NCBI GenBank assembly: GCA_964653635.1
Contig: CAZZGZ010000001.1
Coordinates: 139,986-203,668 of the forward strand
Source: an uncultured Lachnospiraceae bacterium
GTDB taxonomy: Bacteria; Bacillota; Clostridia; Christensenellales; UBA1242
Direction of reading: 5' to 3'
DNA length: 63,683 nucleotides
Within the stretch, counting starts at the first letter, position 1. Every line of letters begins with the position of its first letter. A program made the translations under genes and the position numbers. Of the stretch, positions 19,045-28,908 are shown piece after piece. The notes under the pieces are model-generated. The model was not told the DNA's origin. It searched no databases and saw only the letters and a program-made list of their open reading frames with translations.

Positions 19045-19743
19045 CTATTTTTTGTAATTTAATCTTTTGCAATGCTCACAAGAAATAATTCCCTTTTCGT
19101 TAATTTTAGAAAGAGCTATGTTAGGAAGTTCCATCCTACATCTGCCACAGAGTTTGTTTTCAATAGGCACTATAACAGGAAAAATATTATCATCCCTTCT
19201 TTGCATATAGGCTTTGAATAAATCATCATCAATATCCTTCTTTAAGACTTTTAATTCTTTTTTAATTTCTTCTATCTTTGGTTGTAATTCATTGCATTCA
19301 TCTTCATATATTTTTAAGTAGCTTGTATAATTTTGACTTGCTTGACTATGTTGTTTTTTTACTTGATTAAATTCTAATAAAATATTTTTAATTTTTTCAG
19401 CAAGCTTAGTTAAAAACTTTGCAAGTATGACAAGATTATTAGTTATCTTATCAGCTATTTTTTGCATATTTGCAAGTTCACTAGTATTTAATTTAGTTAT
19501 GTCCTTTGCAAGAACGGTTTCAAGCGATTTTTTGGTCTGTTCTATTTTAACTTCAGCGTCAGAAAACTCTTGTTTAGCCTTTCGTGCTAATTCCTCAAGC
19601 TCTGCAGATCTTATGGTAGCCTTTCGTGCAACTTCCTTACATTCCTCAAGTTTTTTCTTGTTCTCACCATTGTCGAGTCTCCGTGTTAATTTAACTAACT
19701 CGCTATCCTTTTCTTGATAAATAAGTAACGCATCTATATTCAT
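19045..19743 (-). CDS. Coiled-coil protein with C-terminal C4 zinc ribbon (DUF164-like)
   Basis: Long heptad region, then CGRC...CEHCKRL. Confidence 0.8.
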   Translation of the reverse strand: MNIDALLIYQEKDSELVKLTRRLDNGENKKKLEECKEVARKATIRSAELEELARKAKQEFSDAEVKIEQTKKSLETVLAKDITKLNTSELANMQKIADKITNNLVILAKFLTKLAEKIKNILLEFNQVKKQHSQASQNYTSYLKIYEDECNELQPKIEEIKKELKVLKKDIDDDLFKAYMQRRDDNIFPVIVPIENKLCGRCRMELPNIALSKINEKGIISCEHCKRLNYKK

Positions 19744-19756
19744 ATATACTCCTCAA

Positions 19757-20947
19757 TTAATTGTTGCCTGTATTATTCCCTATAATTGAACTATCCACAA
19801 ACTCGGCAAGCTTCTTTGCTCTGCTTGGATTTTTAAGCTTTCTAAGTGCCTTAGCCTCAATTTGTCTAATTCTTTCTCGTGTGACATGGAATTGAAGTCC
19901 CACTTCTTCCAAAGTCTTTGGTCTGCCGTCCATAAGACCATATCTTTGACGAATAACTTCTTGCTCTCGAGGTGTAAGCGTTTCAAGTACTGACAAAAGC
20001 TGTTCTCGAAGCAAACTTTGTGAAGCATAGTCTATTGGAGATCGAGCTGTCTCATCTTCGATTATATCCCCCATTTTGCTATCATCTTCTTCCCCAATCG
20101 GAGCCTCTATCGAAATAGTATCTTGTCCAACTCTTTGTATCTCAACAACCTTATTTGGTGAAATTTTCATTTCTTCAGCTATTTCGTCAGTGGTTGGTTC
20201 ACGCCCTAATTTTTGCATGAGTATCCTCACCGCACGCTTGTATCTATTGATCGTCTCCACCATATGGACTGGCACTCGAATAGTCCTTGCCTGATCTGCT
20301 ATGGCACGTGTTATGGCTTGTCTAATCCACCAGGTAGCGTAGGTAGAAAATCTAAAACCTTTGTAAGGATCATATTTTTCTATAGTCTTAATAAGCCCAA
20401 TATTACCCTCTTGTATCAAATCCAAAAAAGACATCGCCGTTCTATTAACATATCTTTTAGCCACAGAAACAACAAGTCGCAAATTAGCGGAACATAGCCT
20501 CATTTTAGCATATTCATCGCCTTGTGAAGCTTTTACAGCAAGTACATGCTCCTCTTCTGGCGTAAGTAGAGGCTCTCTTCCTATCTCTTTAAGATAGGTT
20601 TTTACAGGGTCATCAAGAAAACTTGATGAGATAAAGTCATCAAAATTCTCTTTTTCTATTTCATAAGGATCAAAATCTTTAATTATTTTTATCCCCATGT
20701 CTTGTAATTTTTGAGTAAATTCAATTATTTGATCCGCAGATACATCGAACTTTGTCGTAAGAGCTCTACATATATCTTCATCATTAATTGACCCCTTTTT
20801 CTGTGCGAGGCTTATTATCTTCTCGTACGCTTTAGCTAATTGCTCATCAACTGAGGGAGTGTTTCCTGCGGACTTATCTTTTACAGACTTACCCTTCTTT
20901 TGTTTTTCGATTATCTCCTGCACCCTTTCTTTATCTGTTTTGGTCAT
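19757..20947 (-). CDS. sigA: RNA polymerase primary sigma factor
   Basis: [61 protein letters not shown]. Confidence 0.97.
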   Translation of the reverse strand: MTKTDKERVQEIIEKQKKGKSVKDKSAGNTPSVDEQLAKAYEKIISLAQKKGSINDEDICRALTTKFDVSADQIIEFTQKLQDMGIKIIKDFDPYEIEKENFDDFISSSFLDDPVKTYLKEIGREPLLTPEEEHVLAVKASQGDEYAKMRLCSANLRLVVSVAKRYVNRTAMSFLDLIQEGNIGLIKTIEKYDPYKGFRFSTYATWWIRQAITRAIADQARTIRVPVHMVETINRYKRAVRILMQKLGREPTTDEIAEEMKISPNKVVEIQRVGQDTISIEAPIGEEDDSKMGDIIEDETARSPIDYASQSLLREQLLSVLETLTPREQEVIRQRYGLMDGRPKTLEEVGLQFHVTRERIRQIEAKALRKLKNPSRAKKLAEFVDSSIIGNNTGNN

Positions 20948-22718
20948 AAAATTCCTCCAAACTCTTCTTTTTTAATTGTTGAGTTATTTTAAATATTTCA
21001 TTTGCAATTTGTGTTCGCTCAGATGTATCTTGCGAATTTTTATAAAGTTCATTTAATTTATGTTGTCTTTCTTGCAATTCCTTTTCGCATAGAAGCCAAA
21101 CACACTCATCAAAGTATCTTTCTTCTTTCCCAGCTAGAATTTCAAAGTTGTAAAAAACTAATGATTTAAGGTATTGTTCATCTTTTACATCAAATTCATC
21201 AAATAAAGCACTAACGCTTTCACATTTTTTTGCGACCTCTAACACGTCTTTCTGATTTATAAATTTGAAATAATTAAGATTTGATTTGACGTATTCCTTT
21301 TTATACAGAATAGAAGCTAATATAAACTTTTCAGCACGATCATATGCACTCTCTTTTGCATTCGATTTTTCTACCTTTTTAACTTGTGTTCGTTGTCCCC
21401 CAGCAATGGCATTTTTCTTATCGAGAGCTAACATATCTTGCCTTAGTACGTCAGTCGGCACTTGTGTAAGGTCTCTAATTTTTCCTAAATAAATTTCTTT
21501 TTCTGAAAGCGTTTCAAGTTTTTTTAAAAGCATTAATGCGCTTTTTATGAATTTAGTTTTTTCTTCAGATTTTGACAAATCATATTTTTTGCATTGATAA
21601 TCAAGTAAAAAATCCATATAATATTTTGCATCATCAACTTGTTTTTGCATAAACTCTTTTCCATAGGTTTTAATAATCTCATCAGGGTCCTTGCCTTCTG
21701 GCAGTGAAACAACTTTGATATTTAAACCAACACTAAGTAAGATGTCAATACTCCGTATCGTCGCTTTTATTCCTGCTCCATCTCCATCAAAGCATAGAAT
21801 TACGTTCTCGCTAAAGCGTTTAAGTTCGTATGCATGATTGATAGTTAGTGCAGTCCCCATACATGCCACAGTATTTTTGAATCCCGCCCTATGCATACAT
21901 ATTACATCTATTTGTCCTTCAACAATAATTATATTAGACAAACCATTTTGATTTTTTAACTTTTTTAAAAGATTAATACCAAAAACTACCCTACCTTTTT
22001 TAAATACAGGTGTTTCCGCAGTATTTTTGTATTTAGCTAACGTTTTATCGCTTGTTAACAGTCTCGCTGAAAAACCAATACATTCATCAAAAGAATTAAA
22101 AATCGGAAAAATTAAACGCCCTGCAAATACATCATAAATGCCTTTATTACCTTTAACGCAAATTCCCGCATCAATCATTTCACTCTGTGATACACCTTTT
22201 TTATTCAGATATTTTGGCATGTCACTCCACGATGAGGAATAACCTATTTTAAAATCATCCAATTCGTGCCTTGTAAATCCTCGAAATTTGACATAATCTT
22301 GCGCAACTTTTGCTGTTGGTAAATATAAATTGTCTTTATAATGTTTGTAAGCTAAATCAAGTACATAATATAGACGTTCTTTGTGCTTATTTTGTTGCAA
22401 TAATTCTGCACTTTGCTCAAGTGTTGGAAGCTCCATATTGACATTATCTGCTAGTATTTTTACCGCATCTATAAATTCGCAACTTTCCATCTTTTGAATA
22501 AAAGTTATCACATCTCCGCTTTCTTTACATCCAAAACAATAATAATATCCTTCAGGATTGACACTAAAAGATGGAGTCTTCTCCGAATGGAAAGGACAAC
22601 ACCCCCAAAAGTTTTTACCTTTCTGTTGTAACTGGACATACTTAGATACAATATCTACGATGTTATTGCGTGACTTCAGTTCTCTTAAAAAATCTGTGTT
22701 ATTTCCGCTTTTTTGCAA
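20931..22718 (-). CDS. dnaG: DNA primase
   Basis: [11 protein letters not shown] zinc finger, [20 protein letters not shown]. Confidence 0.97.
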   Translation of the reverse strand: MQKSGNNTDFLRELKSRNNIVDIVSKYVQLQQKGKNFWGCCPFHSEKTPSFSVNPEGYYYCFGCKESGDVITFIQKMESCEFIDAVKILADNVNMELPTLEQSAELLQQNKHKERLYYVLDLAYKHYKDNLYLPTAKVAQDYVKFRGFTRHELDDFKIGYSSSWSDMPKYLNKKGVSQSEMIDAGICVKGNKGIYDVFAGRLIFPIFNSFDECIGFSARLLTSDKTLAKYKNTAETPVFKKGRVVFGINLLKKLKNQNGLSNIIIVEGQIDVICMHRAGFKNTVACMGTALTINHAYELKRFSENVILCFDGDGAGIKATIRSIDILLSVGLNIKVVSLPEGKDPDEIIKTYGKEFMQKQVDDAKYYMDFLLDYQCKKYDLSKSEEKTKFIKSALMLLKKLETLSEKEIYLGKIRDLTQVPTDVLRQDMLALDKKNAIAGGQRTQVKKVEKSNAKESAYDRAEKFILASILYKKEYVKSNLNYFKFINQKDVLEVAKKCESVSALFDEFDVKDEQYLKSLVFYNFEILAGKEERYFDECVWLLCEKELQERQHKLNELYKNSQDTSERTQIANEIFKITQQLKKKSLEEFYDQNR

Positions 22719-22876
22719 CCTAACTTCCTTTTATTTTGCCTAAACTAATAAATAGTTATGTAATTATAATCACACTTTGCAATTATAATATACTAAATTA
22801 GATATAGAATTCCTCTTTTTTACATTGTTTTTTTTTAAAATTAATTTGTTTGAACATTTATTAAACAAAAGAGAAA

Positions 22877-23323
22877 GTGAGCAAAGAAAAAGCGGAACAT
22901 GGTTGCTTTAGCCGTGTGAATATTACATCTTATTCAAATTCTACAAATTATAGTTCTTACGCCGGTGGTTTAGTTGGACAAAATTCTGGAAATATAGAAA
23001 ATTGTATTGCAGTTGGAGATGTCTGTGCGAAAAAAGATAACAGATATCAGTATGTTTCAGATGTTTATGCTGGTACTTTATTTGGATTACGCAGTTCATA
23101 TTCTAGTGTTGTCAATAACAATTATTATTACGAAAATCAAGTTGTTATTGAACAATTAGGTTCAACTTTCACTGAATATACTAAAAATGGTGCAATGTGT
23201 TCTAAAGACGACTTAGAAAATATGAATTTTTATTTAGATACCCTTGGCTGGGCAAATGATATATGGCTTTTAGATAATATAAATATTGAAATAGAAAAAT
23301 ATCCAATTTTAATAAAACACTAA
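22877..23323 (+). pseudogene. GLUG-motif surface-protein fragment (probable C-terminal remnant)
   Basis: YAGGLVGQNSGNIENC and YAGTLFG repeats, a W..DIW...YPIL end, no signal peptide and a weak start. Confidence 0.55.
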
Positions 23324-23328
23324 TAAAA

Positions 23329-23359
23329 AAAACTAAATTAATAGGTTCAATTTAGTTTT
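23329..23359. terminator. Bidirectional hairpin between the GLUG fragment and the tRNA-Leu 3' end
   Basis: AAAACTAAATT...AATTTAGTTTT inverted repeat. Confidence 0.55.
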
Positions 23360-23363
23360 CGTT

Positions 23364-23446
23364 TGGTGCGGGCGGTGGGACTTGAACCCACACTCATTAC
23401 GAACACGCCCCTTAAACGTGCGCGTCTGCCGTTCCGCCACGCCCGC
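23364..23446 (-). tRNA. tRNA-Leu, anticodon AAG
   Basis: GCGGGCG acceptor, D-arm GGCAGACGCG, anticodon arm CACGT-TT AAG GG-GCGTG, long variable arm, GGTTCAAGTCC, ends ACCA. Confidence 0.93.
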
Positions 23447-23464
23447 ATTAAATCTACAAAATCC

Positions 23465-23493
23465 ATTATAACGGATTTTGCAATATATGTCAA
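23465..23493 (-). promoter_or_regulatory. SigA promoter of tRNA-Leu(AAG)
   Basis: Perfect TTGACA-17nt-TATAAT. Confidence 0.85.
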
Positions 23494-23509
23494 GTAATTT
23501 TTAATATTT

Positions 23510-23848
23510 CTAGATAAGTATTTTAAAAGCTACAACCCCAAATCTAGCTTCCTCTTCTTTAGAGTAGATCTGCGAATAATAATCTGCAACTTCCTCTGGC
23601 GTTGCACTTTCATCAAAACCTAACTGAGTAGGATCTAGCGATTTTGCCATTTCATAAAAAGTTTTATAAAAATCTTTTTTTATAACACGTGCAGAAAATG
23701 TTTCACTTTCATCAATAGTATAAAAATCAATTCTATCACCAATCGACACTTTACGCCTTTTGGGATCATTCACACGAACCTCATAGATTTTATTTCCATT
23801 AAGAATCAAACGAAATGCTTGCTCATTTAAATGCATAGAAACTATCAT
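23510..23848 (-). CDS. ASCH domain protein
   Basis: MHLNEQAFRLILNGNKIYEVRVND.KRR.V.IGD.I.F and C-terminal E..FGVVAF. Confidence 0.85.
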   Translation of the reverse strand: MIVSMHLNEQAFRLILNGNKIYEVRVNDPKRRKVSIGDRIDFYTIDESETFSARVIKKDFYKTFYEMAKSLDPTQLGFDESATPEEVADYYSQIYSKEEEARFGVVAFKILI

Positions 23849-24016
23849 TACACCACTTCCTTATGTTTATTATAGCACATTTTGTCGAAAAAAACAAGTC
23901 ATTGTGGAATATTTTTTAAAATTTGCATAATTAATTATATATACACTAATCGAAACCACCTTTTTAACAATTTTATACTATTTTTTTATAAAATTAAAAA
24001 AAACTTATGAAAATGC

Positions 24017-24045
24017 TTGATTTTTTTTTGAGATTTTGATATAGT
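24017..24045 (+). promoter_or_regulatory. SigA promoter of the tRNA-Gly-Cys-Leu operon
   Basis: TTGATT-17nt-TATAGT with TG extension and upstream A-tracts. Confidence 0.65.
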
Positions 24046-24091
24046 AAAAGAGCAATAGGTTAAAATTATTGAAAAATCACAACTTAAATAT

Positions 24092-24166
24092 GCGGGAGTG
24101 GCTCAGTGGTAGAGCGTCGCCTTGCCAAGGCGAAAGTCGCGAGTCCGAATCTCGTCTTCCGCTCCA
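24092..24166 (+). tRNA. tRNA-Gly, anticodon GCC
   Basis: GCGGGAG...TCGCC-TT GCC AA-GGCGA...CTTCCGC TCCA; T-loop reads TCCGAAT. Confidence 0.95.
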
Positions 24167-24239
24167 AAGAAACGAGAGTTTCTTAAAACCAAACCATAAA
24201 TGGCTTGGTGCAACAGAAGAAATGCAACAATAACTTCGT

Positions 24240-24313
24240 GGTACCATCGCCAAGTGGTAAGGCCAAGGTCTGCAAAACCTTTATCCCCAGTCCGAATCTG
24301 GGTGGTACCTCCA
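24240..24313 (+). tRNA. tRNA-Cys, anticodon GCA
   Basis: GGTACCA...AAGGT-CT GCA AA-ACCTT...TGGTACC TCCA; T-loop reads TCCGAAT. Confidence 0.95.
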
Positions 24314-24370
24314 AAGTTTGTTGCATTTTTCGTATGTTGTTGCGTAATTATACTATTTTGTATTGTATAT

Positions 24371-24456
24371 GCAGGTGTGGCGAAATGGCAGACGCACAGG
24401 ACTTAAAATCCTGAGAAGGCAACTTCGTGTGGGTTCGACTCCCACCACCTGCACCA
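24371..24456 (+). tRNA. tRNA-Leu, anticodon TAA
   Basis: GCAGGTG...CAGGA-CT TAA AA-TCCTG, long variable arm, GGTTCGACTCC, ends ACCA. Confidence 0.96.
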
Positions 24457-24767
24457 AACGAAAAAATAGATAAAAGAGAGAAGTTAAGCCAAAACACTGC
24501 TCTCTTTTGTTTTAAAAAATGAGGTGTTAGAAATGAATTTTAAAGAGTTAAAAGATAAACATCCATTAAAATATTCAAAAATTACAAAGACAAAAAAGGT
24601 AAGACTATAATAATAATTCATATGAACTTAATGATCTTGAAAAACGTATTCGTGAAAAAACTAATCGTAACGAAGTTGAACGTGTTAAAAGTTTTCAAGA
24701 GGCAGAAGAGCACAGTTTGTTATAACTCTTAGCCGCATATAGCCCACCCCAACTTGAATTTGCCAGC

Positions 24768-24797
24768 GGTTCGGGTACATTATCACTTGTCGCACCA
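24768..24797 (+). repeat. att-like direct repeat, copy 1 (GGTTCG-N12-CTTGTCGCACCA)
   Basis: Same motif and spacing at 26757-26786; shares GGTTCG and GCACCA with the tRNA-Leu(TAA) 3' end. Confidence 0.6.
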
Positions 24798-25008
24798 AAA
24801 AGGAGCAATCCCCAATTCTGGTTTTTTTAATAGTGTTATCATCAACTTTATGCAGCATTTACTTTGACAATAATTTTCTTAGTGTGCTATATTTTTTGTA
24901 TAATAAATATAATTTAAAAATTATAATTAAACTTGGATAATAGCATTGATTTTTCAAGGGGAATATGCTATAATAAAAAAAGAAAATACATTGTAGTGGA
25001 GTTTTTTG

Positions 25009-26571
25009 ATGTTGGATATTGATAAGATATGTGATGTTTTTGAACTAGAACTAAGACTTTGCAGGCCTAAAGAGTGGCTCGTTGATTATAAGGCTTTTAG
25101 AAATTGTATTGCTAATGCTTTAAAGTCTGGCAATCTTATTTACCCGAAAAATGAACAGGACCTCTTGGAGGAGGCTCATGATATAATTCAGGGAGATTAT
25201 ATTTATAATTTTAGAGGCCCTAATGGAGTGAAATTTAATGCAGAGACGATGCTTAAAGATGCTCCTATATGTAGAACTGCATTAACATATAATGTTAAAG
25301 ATGCTTTATCTTCTGATGAAGACATTTCAGCAACCGCAAAAAAAATTGTTAATTCATTAGACGAATATCATAAGCGTAAATGGAATAATTTTAAAATAGA
25401 AATTAATTTATCTTTGGAAAAAGGGGCAAGTATATATAAGATTGATGAGTATTTTGAAAGGCTGTTGTCTGAAATACAAAAAACACATGAGATAAATGTC
25501 AATATAGTGGTAAATTTCAACGAAGAGAAGCTTGGTAAACATGATGTCCGCTATCTTTTAGACGATACTGAATTAATAAACCTTGCTAAACTTCAAGAAA
25601 CTCTACATAAATTTGGCACTGGCCAATTACTTTTTAGAGAATCTCAATACGGCAAATGTTGGGATTTGACGCAAGTTATAAAAACAAACAATTGTATTCA
25701 AGACTTAGTTGAAACAATAAAAGAAAACAAACTTTCTCCATTCGAGGCTCTTTTGTTTATTTGCACATGGGCTCAAAAAAATATAAATTATTATGATACT
25801 GACTCAGTTTCCGAAAACACAAACACTATTGCTGCGGCGGTTAACAACAAAAAAGTACGATGCGTAGGTTTTTCTCAGTTTGTAACAGCTGTTGTAAAAA
25901 GCCTTGGTCTTGAATATTTGCAAGAGGATAATGCACTTTTTGCAAATGGGACAATTAATGTGGCATATGAGGAAACTAAAGATGGAAAAACGAAATATTT
26001 TTGTTCTGATCATTCCCAATCAAAATGTTATTTGATTGATAAAAAATATGATATACATGGTGAAGTAATAGCAGATGCATTAGGGTTTAAGGAGTATGGC
26101 TTTGATTTAAGAAAATTGGACAACAATACAACACTCCTTACAATGAGTCCGATAACGACATTTTCTAGTCTTCAAGAAAAAAATCCATATTACAAAATTT
26201 ATCCTGGTGATTATGAAACCTGTGATGTAAAAAAGTATGATGGAATATTCTTCCACAACATCAAAATTGACGGGGAAAGCCAAAGAAAAGTTTTAAAAGA
26301 GACAAAAATAAATGCTAAAATAAGCAAAGGTTTGCAACAGAATGGAATTTGTTTTAGTTCATATACAAAAGCCTATAAAAAAGTTATTCCATTGATTTTT
26401 CCAGAACTAAAACCTGGAGATATTGTTGCGCCTATACCTACCTTCCTTGATGCCGAGAAGAAATACTGGACAGCAAATAAAACTATTGAAATTAGCAGAA
26501 ATGAAATAAGAGATTTTTGGATGAAACAAGTTGAAGACTTCGAAAAAGAAAGCGGAGGAAGAACGTTATAA
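25009..26571 (+). CDS. Hypothetical protein with transglutaminase-like (Cys-His-Asp) domain
   Basis: LSPFEALLFICTW..KNINY, VRCVGFSQFV..V.KSLG, DHSQ and IAD; SigA-like promoters at 24864-24893 and 24946-24974. Confidence 0.6.
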   Translation: MLDIDKICDVFELELRLCRPKEWLVDYKAFRNCIANALKSGNLIYPKNEQDLLEEAHDIIQGDYIYNFRGPNGVKFNAETMLKDAPICRTALTYNVKDALSSDEDISATAKKIVNSLDEYHKRKWNNFKIEINLSLEKGASIYKIDEYFERLLSEIQKTHEINVNIVVNFNEEKLGKHDVRYLLDDTELINLAKLQETLHKFGTGQLLFRESQYGKCWDLTQVIKTNNCIQDLVETIKENKLSPFEALLFICTWAQKNINYYDTDSVSENTNTIAAAVNNKKVRCVGFSQFVTAVVKSLGLEYLQEDNALFANGTINVAYEETKDGKTKYFCSDHSQSKCYLIDKKYDIHGEVIADALGFKEYGFDLRKLDNNTTLLTMSPITTFSSLQEKNPYYKIYPGDYETCDVKKYDGIFFHNIKIDGESQRKVLKETKINAKISKGLQQNGICFSSYTKAYKKVIPLIFPELKPGDIVAPIPTFLDAEKKYWTANKTIEISRNEIRDFWMKQVEDFEKESGGRTL

Positions 26572-26756
26572 GTAAAGTATAGTTAGAGTAACAAATAATC
26601 TATATAAGATAAAAATTTGACAAAATAGCAAATTAAAACCTACATAGAATGGGTTTAAGAAAAACAAGAGATTGCAGAAGAAAACTAATAATAAAAAGGA
26701 AATCTCAAAAATTTAAAAAAATATTAAAACAATAAAAATCAAACCTTCAATTTAGG

Positions 26757-26786
26757 GGTTCGATCTTGATTGAGCTTGTCGCACCA
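26757..26786 (+). repeat. att-like direct repeat, copy 2 (GGTTCG-N12-CTTGTCGCACCA)
   Basis: Matches 24768-24797 at 18 fixed positions with identical spacing. Confidence 0.6.
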
Positions 26787-26831
26787 CTTGAAGCTAGTTT
26801 AAAATAAAAATTTAAAAAAGATGTGTAAATT

Positions 26832-27240
26832 ATGAAAATTAGAATAATCGATGGAAAACACCACGTTTATACTGACGAAGAATGGTAAATGAAGCAAGTC
26901 TGCAAAGACACGTTTAAAAGAAACTTGACGAGTTTGTTGAAAAATGCAAAAACGGAGAATTTCACTATTTTAATGCTGTAAACTACTTTTCAGAACATGA
27001 AATTATGCAAGAAATTCAAGAAAAGATAAATAACAAAAATAAAAAATCTGAATATTCTGATGACCAGTTGGAAATATATTCCGAACAATTAGAGGCATAT
27101 AAAAATTTCACATCAACACGAAATTGTAAAAAGTACCATTGACTTTTTCAATGACAATTATCTTAAACAATTTAATCTTACAAAGAGTGAATTTTCTATT
27201 TTGCAAAAATCTTATTGTCTAAATGCTTTACATTGCTTTA
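26832..27240 (+). pseudogene. Degraded hypothetical gene
   Basis: MKIRIIDGKHHVYTDEEW*MKQVCK, then a frameshifted protein-like continuation LDEFVEKCKNGEFHYFNAVNYFSEHEIMQEIQEK...; end approximate. Confidence 0.45.
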
Positions 27241-27264
27241 TCTATATATTTTATGCCTGTCACT

Positions 27265-28044
27265 TTACCATCCCCTTTCTGGAACTTTTAAGTCCAAAAT
27301 TGCTTCTTCCTGTGCATCTGGATGGAGTTCCATTAACCCCTCTTCTTTTGCTACAGCATATTTGTTTTTATTTTTCTTAACTTCTGTAATAAGAGCATTG
27401 AACACATCTAAATCTTGTTGTTTTGTCCATTCATCTAATTCTTTATAAGGAACGAATAAATGTTTATTAGCTTCTGTTCTTTCGTTTCTTCTCATCCAAT
27501 CAGCATGAATAAGTGTTCCTACTGCTCTTTTTACTTCTTCACTAGAAAATTGTTCTAATGTAGTACCTCTTTTAGCATATTCTTCATACACATAAACAGC
27601 CCCTTTGGCAGCCTCTAAATTCTCTCTTTGAGAATCGGCAGACAATTTTTGGAAAGGCCTTAAAATATTTTCTTCTTGTGTTTCAGCCCTATAATTGCCT
27701 TTCCCTGCTCTTTTTTGTTCTTCTTCTGTCAATGTTCTTTTAGTAAAGCGCTTAACAACAATCGCTTCACTTTCAAACAATTTCATAAAACCTTCAAATG
27801 TTTTAAGTGCATCCGTTACAGTCGATGTATATTCCATCAGCCAATCTGTGTCCAACTCTATTGCGTTTCGTGTTTTTCCATTTTTATTGCAGGCTTCACC
27901 CAAAGCATTACCAGGTCTTTGGGCACCATTTTCCATTACCGCATTAAATCTTTCATAAAAAGCTCGCAGTTCTCCTTTACACCAAACTTCATAAACTTTT
28001 GTTGCAACATCAATTACAAGTTGATCTCGATCTTCAGTTTTCAT
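27265..28044 (-). CDS. Hypothetical protein with RyR-repeat-like motifs
   Basis: IHADWMRRN...HLFVPYKELDEWTKQQDL and a second copy ILRPFQKLSADSQRENL; RBS GGAG. Confidence 0.6.
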   Translation of the reverse strand: MKTEDRDQLVIDVATKVYEVWCKGELRAFYERFNAVMENGAQRPGNALGEACNKNGKTRNAIELDTDWLMEYTSTVTDALKTFEGFMKLFESEAIVVKRFTKRTLTEEEQKRAGKGNYRAETQEENILRPFQKLSADSQRENLEAAKGAVYVYEEYAKRGTTLEQFSSEEVKRAVGTLIHADWMRRNERTEANKHLFVPYKELDEWTKQQDLDVFNALITEVKKNKNKYAVAKEEGLMELHPDAQEEAILDLKVPERGW

Positions 28045-28113
28045 AAATATTCTCCATTTAACACTTGTATTATACTATAATTATAAAAAAAGTTGCAAGT
28101 GTTTGCAAAATCT

Positions 28114-28908
28114 TTATAGGTACTGCTTATAATTTTTGATTGTAATCTCATTTGGTTTTATATACATTAAATTATCCCACTCAATAGGAAATGATATTGG
28201 TGCATTTTCACGTGCTCTTAATGAATATGGAGCGACACATGTTGCGCCTTTACTATTGCGTAAATAATCAATAAAAATCTTACCTTTTCTTTCGCTTTTT
28301 CTTATGTTACTAGTAAAAAGCTTTGGCAATTTATTTTCCATAAAAATGGCTATATTTCTTGCGAACTTATTAAATTCATCCCAATTTGAAAAATTTTTCA
28401 ATGATAATACTATATGATACCCCTTACCTCCACTGGTTTTTAAATGACTTATAAGCCCTAAATCGTCTAAAATTTCTTTTATAGCAAGTACTCCTCTTCT
28501 TAATTTCGAAAGAGCAACATCTTCAGCAGGGTCAAGATCAAAAACCATCATATTTGGAACGTCAATATCAGGCACACAGCTACCCCATATGTGGAATTCT
28601 AACGTCCCCATTTGCACTTGAAATATTAGTTGTTTTTTATTCTTTATGTAAAAATATTCCTCATTTTTATTCTTAAAAATTTCAACAATGCCACTCTTTT
28701 TTACAGTAGGATGTTTCTTAAAAAAAGTTCCACTATTAATATCACTATAACACCTAATAACACTTAATAGTCGATTATTTAAAAAGGGGAGTATTTTTTC
28801 ACCAATAGTATTATAATAATCAGCTATATCAAACTTTGTGATTTTACCTTTAGAGAAAATTACCTTGTCAGGATTTGTTATTAATACATCATTTATATAC
28901 TTTTCCAT
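28114..28908 (-). CDS. ligD: LigD polymerase/primase (POL) domain, stand-alone
   Basis: ITNPDKV, QMGTLEFHIW, VFDLDP, KTSGGKGYH, KIFIDYLRN, APYSLRAR. Confidence 0.92.
   Translation of the reverse strand: MEKYINDVLITNPDKVIFSKGKITKFDIADYYNTIGEKILPFLNNRLLSVIRCYSDINSGTFFKKHPTVKKSGIVEIFKNKNEEYFYIKNKKQLIFQVQMGTLEFHIWGSCVPDIDVPNMMVFDLDPAEDVALSKLRRGVLAIKEILDDLGLISHLKTSGGKGYHIVLSLKNFSNWDEFNKFARNIAIFMENKLPKLFTSNIRKSERKGKIFIDYLRNSKGATCVAPYSLRARENAPISFPIEWDNLMYIKPNEITIKNYKQYL

Noticed and set aside
24200-24414. Two short ORFs over the tRNA cluster
   Set aside because: They overlap tRNA-Cys and tRNA-Leu and are spurious.
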